Source of the DNA: Octopus sinensis
Taxonomy: Eukaryota
DNA length: 64,000 nt
Assembly (NCBI RefSeq): GCF_006345805.1
Contig: NC_043006.1
Coordinates: 44,144,001 to 44,208,000 of the forward strand
Reading direction: 5' to 3'
Position 1 is the first letter of the stretch. Each line of letters starts with the position of its first letter. The position numbers and the translations under genes were made by a program. Below the pieces are notes generated by a model that saw only the letters and a program-made list of their open reading frames with translations, did not search any database and was not told where the DNA came from. Shown here piece after piece: positions 31,482 to 40,661 of this stretch.

Positions 31482-31808
31482 TGGCTCAGTGATTAGAGCA
31501 TAAAGCTTACGAGCGTGAGGTTGTGAGTTTGAATCCCGGACCGGGCTGCGTGTTATGTTCTTGAGCAAGACACTTTATTTCATGTTGCTCCAGTTCACTC
31601 AGCCATAGAAATGAGTTGCGACATCACAGGTGCCAAACTGTATCAGCCCCTTTGCCTTTCCCTTGGATAACACTGGTGGCGTGGAGAGGGGAGGCCGGTA
31701 TGCATGGGCAACTGCTGGTCTTCCATAAGCAACCTTGCCCGGACTTGTGCCTGGGAGGGTAACTTTTTAGGTGCAATCCCACGGTCAGTTATGACCGAAG
31801 AGGGTCTC
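31482..31808 (+). mobile_element. tRNA-derived SINE (family D)
   Basis: A box TGGCTCAGTGATTAGAGC, B box GAGTTTGAATCCC, then a core TTCTTGAGCAAGACACTTTATTTCA also present at about 52930 and, reversed, at about 15720 and 57500. Confidence 0.75.
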
Positions 31809-32157
31809 AGCGGTCAGTTCTACTATGTTAACCCTTTCGTTACTATATTTCTGACCAAAATACACCCCTCATAAGTTTCAATTAAATTCTAAAATAATCA
31901 TGAATCTAGGCTTGTTTCATTAAATAACTGTAACTTTTTTACTTATCAACATATTAATGTGATATTTGGAACATAATTAAAGAAAGGGTTCTTAATTCTA
32001 TTGCATAACTTTTGTCTCAAAGTGACTTTAATTACAGGTAAATCCAGGTAAATTGAGCAAAACGTAAAAATATTAAAATTTTGTTTCAACATCACCATAG
32101 AAAATGAATCATCAGCTAATATTCAAATGGGTATGCAACAAAATTTTGATAAAGAAG

Positions 32158-32440
32158 TGTGGTGTGGTGATGAGGGAGTGTGACAGAGATGGAGGGAGCG
32201 GAAGTGGGTCTTGCAGGTCTCGCAGGGCGCATGCGCCGGCGGAAGCGGAAGCGGAAGTGAGAGACAGAACGCACGTGCGGCATCAACCAGCGCGGTCAGA
32301 CTCGAGGACGACGCCAAGACGACAAGACGCTAGCAAGTTGGCTCAAGGCGAATCCGGCTTCATCTCTACAGGTAAGACCAAATTACACTTCTAATTCTTT
32401 TCCTTGTTCTGTTACGCTCCTTTTCACCACACTTATCACA
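32158..32440 (+). repeat. 5' LTR (283 bp)
   Basis: Direct repeat of 36121-36397; by eye it differs only by one extra CGGAAG unit. Confidence 0.97.
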
Positions 32441-32452
32441 AGCTATTTCGGC
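32441..32452 (+). promoter_or_regulatory. Non-canonical primer-binding site complementary to nt 1-12 of tRNA-Phe(GAA)
   Basis: AGCTATTTCGGC directly abuts the LTR terminal CA. Its reverse complement GCCGAAATAGCT is the 5' end of metazoan cytosolic tRNA-Phe (GCCGAAATAGCTCAGTTGGGAGAGCG..., recalled). No TGG-type PBS is present. Confidence 0.75.
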
Positions 32453-32493
32453 AAAATAATCACTCGGTTTCGTGAAAATAAAAAATAAAAATT

Positions 32494-33225
32494 ATGCAGA
32501 CTGCTATGATTTCACGCGACCCTATAACACCGTTTTGCGGCGACACCGACGTGGTCGCTTGGTTGAGGAGGGTGAAGTTGGTGGCGAAGCTACACGGCAT
32601 AGCTGACCTGGCTAGTTTTATGCCGTTGTATTTGGATGGCCCGGCGTTGGCGTTATATCTGGAGATGGAGGAAGCGGACCAATGCAGCGCAGACAAGGTG
32701 GAGATCCGACTTATGGAGGCCTTCGCGGAAGGAATGTTCGAAGCGTACACTCGACTGGGTAGGATGAGGTGGACAGGACAGCAGGTGGACGTGTTCGCCG
32801 GCGAGCTTAGAAGGTTGGCAAAACTTGCGGGATATGAGGGAGAGTCGCTAGAACGCACGGTCAGGTTAGCGTTCGTGACCGGCTTTCCCGACATCATGTC
32901 GGTCGAGCTACAGAAGCTCCCGAACGTGCTCTCGCGGGCACGTGTACTGGTGTCGTGCAGCAGGTCGACGTCGGTAGCAGCGACTGCAACGTTGAAAAGT
33001 GGCCCAGCTAGGAGCAACGGAGAGGGGCTGGGGAAAGAACGCGTGCGGTCGTTTAAGGGACAGTGTTTCCGGTGCCAGGGCCCACACATGGTCCGTGACT
33101 GCGCGTCGCCCAAGCCCGAGGTGATTTGCTACCGGTGCCGAGAGCCGGGGCATGTGGCCAGCGAGTGTCTGCGGGGAAACGGACCGCGGGAGACTACTGC
33201 GCCGGTAGTTGTCCCTTTGGATTAG
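32494..33225 (+). CDS. gag: Gag of the LTR retrotransposon, 243 aa, with two zinc knuckles
   Basis: Open ORF right after the PBS. It contains CFRCQGPHMVRDC (CX2CX3HX4C) and CYRCREPGHVASEC (CX2CX4HX4C). Confidence 0.93.
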   Translation: MQTAMISRDPITPFCGDTDVVAWLRRVKLVAKLHGIADLASFMPLYLDGPALALYLEMEEADQCSADKVEIRLMEAFAEGMFEAYTRLGRMRWTGQQVDVFAGELRRLAKLAGYEGESLERTVRLAFVTGFPDIMSVELQKLPNVLSRARVLVSCSRSTSVAATATLKSGPARSNGEGLGKERVRSFKGQCFRCQGPHMVRDCASPKPEVICYRCREPGHVASECLRGNGPRETTAPVVVPLD

Positions 33226-33234
33226 TAGCGGCGC
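33174..33234 (+). promoter_or_regulatory. -1 programmed ribosomal frameshift signal: G GGA AAC slippery heptamer plus H-type pseudoknot
   Basis: The heptamer at 33174-33180 is in the gag frame, followed by a 7-nt spacer. S1 is GGGAGACTAC (33188-97) paired with GTAGTTGTCCC (33205-15). S2 is GCGCCG (33199-204) paired with CGGCGC (33229-34). The -1 frame is open into the protease (LPVVDILVKGKMSRALVDT). Confidence 0.88.
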
Positions 33235-36084
33235 GTTTCTCATCGTTACCTGTGGTCGACATTCTGGTGAAGGGGAAGATGTCGCGAGCCCTGGTGGACA
33301 CGGCTGTACGACGACCCTGATGACCACAGAAGTGGCAGAGACGTGGAGTGGAGGAAGCAGTGTCAGGGCAGTCGACGGAAGAGAAGTGCACTGCGAAGGG
33401 GTTACGGATGCGCAGATCGTGGTGCAGGGACTGCAGCTGACATTGCGAGCGATTGTGGTCGGTCACTTGGTGGACGAGATCGACGTGGTGATGGGGATGG
33501 ATGCGATCACCCGTCTGGGAGGTGTTACCGTCAACGAGGCTGGCGTAACGTTTGGGCTAGCAGGGAAGCCGTGTAGGGCGACACCACGCACCGACGACAA
33601 CCGTGAGGAAATGGATGCGGCGCACACCATTGAAGACCAGGATTTTCGGGCTGTCTTTGATGGCGAGAGGTGGACAGTGGAGTGGCACTGGAAGGGAGAG
33701 CCCCCGATGTTAAAGAACAAAGTGGGCTGCTATCAGCATACTCTAAAAGGAGATGCCAGAAGTGAGTTCGAGGGGGAGGTGGAGCGGTGGATTAAGGAGG
33801 GCATACTGATCCCCTGGGAAAAAGAAGAGAGCGGAGTCCTGCCACTGATGGCGGTGATACAGCCCACAAAGCGTAAGGTCAGGCCAGTGCTCGACTTCCG
33901 AGAGCTGAATGACCACGTGTCGTGTCATACAGGTGGCGAGGCCACGGATGTCTGCGGAGACACCTTGCGAGAGTGGAGGCAGACGGCGGGGGCCTCCACG
34001 ATTGTCGATTTGAAGTCGGCATACCTTCAGGTTCATGTGGCTGAGAAACTATGGAGGTACCAGCTCGTCAGGTATAGGGGCCGGACGTACTGTCTGACCA
34101 GGTTGGGATTCGGGCTGAATTCAGCTCCGAAGATTATGGCAACAATTCTCAAGGCCGTCCTGGGGAAGGTGGACAGAGTAAAAAGGGCCACCAATTCATA
34201 CATCGACGACATTCTGGTGGATGAAACCATGATACCAGCAACGGAGGTCATAGGCCACCTGAAGAGTTTTGGACTGATCGCCAAGCCGCCAGAGGCTATG
34301 GAGGGAGGTGCTGCACTGGGCCTCAAGCTATGGAGAGACAAAGCCGGCGCCTTGGTGTTCCGGCGAGGGAATGAGATCCCTGAACTGGGCGCCAGCATGA
34401 GTAGACGGGAGCTGTTCTCTGTGTGTGGGAAGCTGGTGGGACACTACCCGATTGCAGGCTGGCTCCGGACAGCATGCAGCTTCATCAAGAGACGAGCCGA
34501 AGGAGTGAAGTGGAATGATAAAGTGGGGGAGAGGACGATCGACATGATGCAGGAAGTCCTGGTCAGAGTAAGAACAGAGGACCCGGTGAGGGGCAGCTGG
34601 TACGTTCCCAAATCAAAGAGCGGGATCGTATGGTGTGACGCCAGTAGCATCGCAATAGGGATTGTCTTGGAAGTGGGAGGTGTCACGGTGGAAGATGCAG
34701 CCTGGCTCAGGAAGATGGATGACTGCAGTCACATCAACGTGGCGGAGTTGGAAGCCGTGCTGAAGGGGGTGAACCTAGCCTTGAAGTGGGGGTTGCACAC
34801 CATAGAAATCAGGACTGATTCAGCCACTGTACTTGGTTGGGCGACGGCAGTCATCACCGATGAGCGGAGGGTGCGGACCAAAGGGGCTGCAGAGATGCTG
34901 GTAAAGCGTCGATTGGGGATACTGCGTGAACTGACCACTGAGTTCAATCTGAAGCTGAGCGTGATCTTTGTGCCTTCCGAGAAGAACAGGGCAGACGTCC
35001 TGACCAGGGTTAAGCGAGCCTGGTTGCAAGTGCCAGAGGACGCGAAGCAGGATGTAGCTGCAGTATGCCATCTGAGCGACTCGGAGTTGCGGAGACTGCA
35101 CACCATGCATCACATGGGTGTGGACAGGACGTTGTTCCTGGCCAGAAAAGTCGACTCCGACGTAACAAGACAGAGCGTGCGGAGAGTGGTTAGCAGTTGT
35201 GACAGGTGCCAGTCCATCGACCCTGCTCCGGTCGTGCATGAAGCGGGAAGTATTCCAGTGGACCAGGACTGGAGACGACTGGCGGTGGACATAACACACT
35301 ACCGGCAGGGGACATACCTCTCAATGGTTGACTGCGGACCGGGGCGGTTCGCCATATGGAGGGAGATGAGGTCAGGAACCGCAGAAGAAATTGCGAAAGT
35401 GCTGAACGAGATATTCCTGGAACGAGGCCCCGTGGATGAACTGCTTCTGGACAACGGCACTGCATTTCGCTCGGAGGCGCTGAGAGAAATGCTTGATGAG
35501 TGGAAGGTCAACCGCTTCTTCAGGGCGGCATACCGGCCAAGTGGAAACGGGGTGGTGGAAAGGCATCATCGTACCATCAAGGCCATGGCTGAGAGGGGTC
35601 ACATTTCACCAGTCAAGGCCGTGTTTTGGTACAACATGTCGCCCAGATCAGGACAGGCCGAGGAGTCGGTGCCACACAGGGCAATATTCAGGTACGAGTG
35701 GAGGCATCCGTGTACTACATCAATGCGACCGGGGCAGAGGAAGAGCACGCCTTCGTGCAGGTCGGGGAGGAAGTCTGGGTGAAACCCCCGAACGCACGGT
35801 GTACATCGCAATGGGGAAAGGGGACAATAACCTCCGTAAATTCAAAGAATAACATCTCGGTAGATGGTATGCCACGCCACGTTTTGGACATACGGAGGAT
35901 TGTCCATGCCCCGGAGGATGGGACAAGCAACAGTGGGCAAGACGATAACAACAGACAGGATGACGAGGTCGGCAGCAACACGCCAGAAACAAGTCCTAGG
36001 GTCGCACTGCGACCACAGAGGGAGCGGCACCCTCCTCCCTGGTTGGCTGACTACGAAACCAGTCTCAGGTGCGGGAGCGAGTGA
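33180..36084 (+). pseudogene. pol: Pol (aspartic protease, RT, RNase H, DDE integrase with C-terminal domain), interrupted by two apparent 1-nt deletions
   Basis: PR: ALVDT/GCTTT, split by a missing G at 33302-33303. RT: VDLKSAYLQV, LGFGLNSAP, YIDDILV. RH: CDASS, HINVAELEAV, TDS, NRADVLTR. IN: HTMHHMG..CDRC, AVDITH, LDNGTAF, GVVERHHRTIK. A second shift at about 35705-35745 leads into VQVGEEVWVKPP...RPQRERHPPPWLADY, with the stop at 36084. Confidence 0.92.
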
Positions 36085-36120
36085 GGAAGCCGGTTCAGTG
36101 ATCTATAGATCAGGGGGGCG

Positions 36121-36397
36121 TGTGGTGTGGTGATGAGGGAGTGTGACAGAGATGGAGGGAGCGGAAGTGGGTCTTGCAGGTCTCGCAGGGCGCATGCGCC
36201 GGCGGAAGCGGAAGTGAGAGACAGAACGCACGTGCGGCATCAACCAGCGCGGTCAGACTCGAGGACGACGCCAAGACGACAAGACGCTAGCAAGTTGGCT
36301 CAAGGCGAATCCGGCTTCATCTCTACAGGTAAGACCAAATTACACTTCTAATTCTTTTCCTTGTTCTGTTACGCTCCTTTTCACCACACTTATCACA
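36121..36397 (+). repeat. 3' LTR (277 bp)
   Basis: Preceded by the PPT (36112-36118) and followed by the TSD AGAAG. Confidence 0.97.
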
Positions 36398-37170
36398 AGA
36401 AGAATTGTGCACATCACTATATCATCAGTTGAATTTAATGTACAACAGGTGTACCATAAAGGTGGAATAAACTGAAATACAGGAATCCACCGTAAGTTTG
36501 ACCGAACTAAAGAAATCGGTCAAAAAATAATATACGGCCCTGGTTATGGTATGGAAGTGATAAATTCCAGACCACATCGTTCCCTAGGCCATGCTGACTA
36601 ACATTATTTTCCCTGTATAAAAACTAAATCCACGCAGTACCCAGTATTTGCTTCACAAATTTTCCGAAATTTGAACCCCCATTTTGTGTTTGTTTACATT
36701 CTGCGTAAGTTTGTTTCTGCATTGATCACTTCAAACAATAACTTCCAGCCATGCTGACTAACATTAGTTTCCCTGTATAAAAACTAAATCCACAACAGTA
36801 CCCAGTATTTGCTTCACAAATTTTCCAATTTGGAATCAATGCTTGATAACATGAAACTCCTATCCATTTTCAAAGTTGAAGAAAAATCGATGCCGAAAAA
36901 AATGTGGAAAAAAATATCCCAAAATTCAGGGAATTAAAATTACACGTCGATCGTTGTACAAAACTGTAGATGAACTGTTTACGAAGCATAATCACGTGTT
37001 TTCACAAATGTACTAAAGAGATTTGCTCTGATATTCTCATTTAAATATGAAAAGGTAAATTCAGGCGGCTTTGGGCGGTTTGGTAACAAAAGGGTTAAAC
37101 AACAGTTACAGCAGCATAAGTTACATTTGTTTTCTATCATTGTTGTTTTGTTTTTATGTTATTTTTTTTG

Positions 37171-38870
37171 TAACTCTTTTGCTACTAAGCTGCCCCTAGT
37201 TATGTTACAAATCACTTGTTTTAAAATTATCTAAATTAAGACCTTCATTCAAAATTTGGTTAATATAGGGCGTAACAAATATCAGAAAATCAAAAAAAAA
37301 AAGTGTGTAATAGGTGTAAAACAACTTCCTATGAACGAATATGAAAAAAAAATTCGCGCACGCGAAAGGGGAGTGGGGGAGAGGCCTCGGAAAATTCACA
37401 TCGGGAAGTTCCGAAAGCGTCTGAGGGGCTGACCCGGGCACCAAAACAAAAAAAATAGTGTAATATGTGTAAAACAACTTGCTCTAAACGAATATGAAAA
37501 AAAATGCGCTCTCGAGAAAGAGGGGTGGGGGAGAGGCCTCGGAATATTTATATCGGGAATTTCCGAAAGCGTCTGAACCGGGCACAAAAACAAAAACAGC
37601 GTAATAGGTGTAAAACAACTTGCTCTAAACGACTATCATGAAAAAAATGCGCGCTCGCGAAAGGGGAGTGGGGGAGAGGTTTCGGAAATTTCACATCTTC
37701 AGTCCACGGCCTTTAAACTAAGAAAAAATAGTGTAATTGGTGTAAAACTACTTGTTCTAAACGAGTATCAAGAACACACACTCACACATGAATCATAAAC
37801 TCCGTATTTCGCAAAAAAAAAAAAATAAAGAGAAGAAATTCTGGAAAAAGTGAAGAAATGTTGGATCTCCGCCATGTGAATCAAAATACGTGTCAGAAAC
37901 ATCTTGAAATACTACAGAAATTATGTTACGAAAATGATAATGTATACATACCTCTTTGACACAAAGGATTGACGGAAGGATTGACACAAAATAATAATTT
38001 TTTCTGTCTCTTTTTTTCTGATAAATGCATCTTAATAAGTGAGAAGAATTGCATATATCTGAACTATTTCAAAGAAAAGCATAAATTTAATGTTTAAAAT
38101 AGCTTTAACCAAGGAATGAGATCCAACATTTCTTCACTTTTCCAGAATTTCTTCTCTTTATTTTTTTTTTTTGCGAAATACGGAGTTTATGATTCATGTG
38201 TGAGTGTGTGTTCTTGATAGTCGTTTAGAACAAGTAGTTTTACACCAATTACACTATTTTTCTTAGTTTAAAGGCCATGGACTGAAGATGTGAAATTTCC
38301 GAAGCCTCTCCCCCACCCCCCTTTCGCGAGCGCGCATTTTTTTCATGATAGTCGTTTAGAGCAAGTTGTTTTACACCTATTACGCTGTTTTTGTTTTTGT
38401 GCCCGGTTCAGACGCTTTCGGAAATTCCCGATATAAATATTCCGAGGCCTCTCCCCCACCCCTCTTTCTCGAGAGCGCATTTTTTTTTTTCATATTCGTT
38501 TAGAGCAAGTTGTTTTACACATATTACACTATTTTTTTTTTGTTTTGGTGCCCGGGTCAGCCCCTCAGACGCTTTCGGAACTTCCCGATGTGAATTTTCC
38601 GAGGCCTCTCCCCCACTCCCCTTTCGCGTGCGCGAATTTTTTTTTTCATATTCGTTCATAGGAAGTTGTTTTACACCTATTACACACATTTTTTTTTTGA
38701 TTTTCTGATATTTGTTACGCCCTATATTAACCCAAAATTTCATGTCAAATTATGTCCCAAACACCAGCTTAATAAAGACAAAGTTATTTTAATAAATATT
38801 TCGTTATCTTCAAAATTATTTGAAATAAAGTCAGTGTATTTTAACAGAAATGTTGTAACAAAAGGATTAA
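37171..38870. mobile_element. piggyBac-like ~230-bp MITE interrupted by the foldback element
   Basis: The flanks rejoin into ...gaccttcattCAAAATTTcatgtcaaattatgtcccaaacaccagc..., matching uninterrupted relatives at about 40408-40590 and 60452-60660. It ends in aaaggaTTAA. Confidence 0.7.
37258..38732. mobile_element. Foldback-type non-autonomous DNA transposon (1,475 bp) with ~610-bp terminal inverted repeats built from ~130-bp subrepeats and an 8-bp TSD
   Basis: Arms at 37258-37869 and 38118-38732 are near-perfect reverse complements, with a 248-bp spacer. Termini are GGTTAATATAGGGCG...CGCCCTATATTAACC. TSD CAAAATTT at 37250-37257 and 38733-38740. Confidence 0.88.
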
Positions 38871-39480
38871 TATATTCAGGATTAGCCACTTTCAGCAAAA
38901 ATTTAAATATATATTAAAAACATCCCAATATGCTCTGGCTCTCAGCACAAAAATAATATATGTAGAATGCATTAAAGTTTTTCCTATGATCAATCACTAT
39001 ATTCTATACAAGAGATTGGAATTAATAAATATAAGGTAACTACTGAATACATTAATATAATGGGGATAACCATGGACATAGACAGAATTTAAATAGAGAA
39101 TTTTTTTAGAAAAATAATCATGAGATAGAACTGTAACCAATAACCACATAAGAAGTGATCCCAGTTCAGATACTAAATTATCCTGTAATTTCTCATTGTG
39201 AAGAATAATAATAATAATTTTTTCTGCTATAGGCACAAGACCTGAATTTGATTGGAGGAGGGTGATTACATCAACCTCAGTACTCAACTGGTACTTATTT
39301 CATTGACCCCTAAAGATGAAAAGCAAAATCAGCCTCAGCAGAATTTGAACTGTGAATATAAAGAAGGATGAAATGCCTCTAAGCATTTTACCTGGCATGT
39401 TAATGATTCTGCCAGCTCGCCATCTTGTATTACTATTATTATTATTATAATAATATTAATAATAATAATAATAATAATTA

Positions 39481-39810
39481 CAATGAGATTGAAACTATAG
39501 ACCACCTAATCTCAGGGTGCAGAATCTTAGCATTTGTAGAATATAAAGCAAGACATGACAGAGTCGGCCAGTATTTACACTGGACAATATGTTGGCATTA
39601 TAAAATCAAAACCGCTGACAAATGGTATAAACACCATCCTGAAGCTGTGACTGAGGAAGAAAATGTGTCGATTCTCTGGGACTTCCCCGTACATACCGAC
39701 AGGACTATAAAAGCTAATAAACCGGATATTATTATAAAAGATCAGACAAAAAAGGTGTGTTTATTAATTGACGTGAGTATTCCTTGCGATCACAATATAG
39801 CGGCAAAAGA
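39481..39810 (+). mobile_element. R4/Dong-like non-LTR retrotransposon fragment (restriction-like endonuclease region)
   Basis: Encodes ETIDHLISGC..RHDRV...WYKHHPE...LWDF..TDRTIKANKPDIII...CLLIDVSIP.D (CCHC end, RHD motif, PD..D). Directly preceded by (AAT)n. Confidence 0.82.
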
Positions 39811-40661
39811 ATTACATCGACCCCAGTGTTTCACAGGTACTTAATTTATCAAGCCCAAAAGAGGTCAGTAGGTTAAGAACCACTAGTCTAAGTCAAAACC
39901 ATAACACAGACTTACTAAAACTTTTATAAAAATTTAATTAGAGACCAGATCATAAGAAAGTAAGATTTAGGTTCCTTCATCCTTTCATTACCACATTTAT
40001 GTTGAAATACACAGCCTCTACTCTTTTACTTGTTTCAGTCATTTGACTGCAGCCATGCTGGAGCACTGCCTTTATGGTCGAGCAAATCAACCCCAGAGCT
40101 TATTCTTTGTAAGCCTAGTACTTATTCTATTGGTCTTTTTTGCCGAACCACAAAGTTACGGGGACGTAAACACACCAGCATCAATTGTCAAGCAATGCTA
40201 GGGGGACAAACAGTCACACAAACATATACACACACATACATACATATACGACGGGCTTCTTCCAGTTTCCATTTACCAAATCCACTCACAAGGCTTTGGT
40301 TAGCCTGAGGCTATAGTAAAAGACACTTGCCCAAGGTGCCGCGCAGTGGGACTGAACCTGGGACCATGTGGTTGGTAAGCAAGCTACTTACCACACACCC
40401 ACACCTCTGTTTCAATTAATTTTGAAAATAACGAACAATTTAGTAAAATTATTTCGTCGTTATTAAGCTGATGTTTGGAATATAAATTAACATGGAATTC
40501 TGATAGAAGGTTTTAATTTAGATTACTATAAAATAAGAAATTTGCATCATAGGACTAGGGACAGTTTCAGGTAGGTTCTTATCAAAAGGATTTTAAAATT
40601 ACAAAAACAAGGAAAAGAGTCCACAATTAAATCCATTTTCTCACCCTGATAAAAATTAAAA

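Larger units (their letters stand above)
32158..36397 (+). mobile_element. Full-length Ty3/Gypsy-order LTR retrotransposon (4,240 bp), antisense to the host gene
   Basis: LTRs at 32158-32440 and 36121-36397 with TG...CA ends. 5-bp TSD AGAAG at 32153-32157 and 36398-36402. PPT AGGGGGG just before the 3' LTR. Domain order is gag-PR-RT-RH-IN. Confidence 0.97.
31832..37094. mobile_element. piggyBac-like non-autonomous element (about 1.0 kb) split by the LTR retrotransposon
   Basis: Reads TTAA|CCCTTTCGTTAC at 31828-31843 and GTAACAAAAGGG|TTAA at 37083-37098. It has an internal ~78-bp direct repeat at 36588-36665 and 36748-36826. The termini match the shorter MITE family in this window. Confidence 0.75.

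Noticed and set aside
31482-31550. tRNA genes at SINE heads (also about 41995 and 5700)
   Set aside because: A and B boxes are present, but there is no closable cloverleaf and the sequence continues into repeat bodies, so these are SINEs.
32158-32460. Tf1-type self-priming or a canonical TGG PBS
   Set aside because: No GCCGAAATAGCT-like complement exists in the LTR, and no TGG follows the LTR end. The TGGTG at the LTR start matches tRNA CACCA over only 5 nt.
33296-33310. Possible second programmed frameshift between pro and pol
   Set aside because: The shift falls inside the catalytic DTG motif, with no slippery heptamer or downstream structure. A 1-nt deletion or consensus error is simpler.
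32460-36030. Many minus-strand and alternate-frame ORFs within the LTR element (for example 217, 139, 125 and 159 aa)
   Set aside because: They are shadow ORFs of GC-rich gag/pol with no recognisable motifs. Only the 33126 frame (protease start) and the 35626 frame (integrase tail) are parts of real pol.
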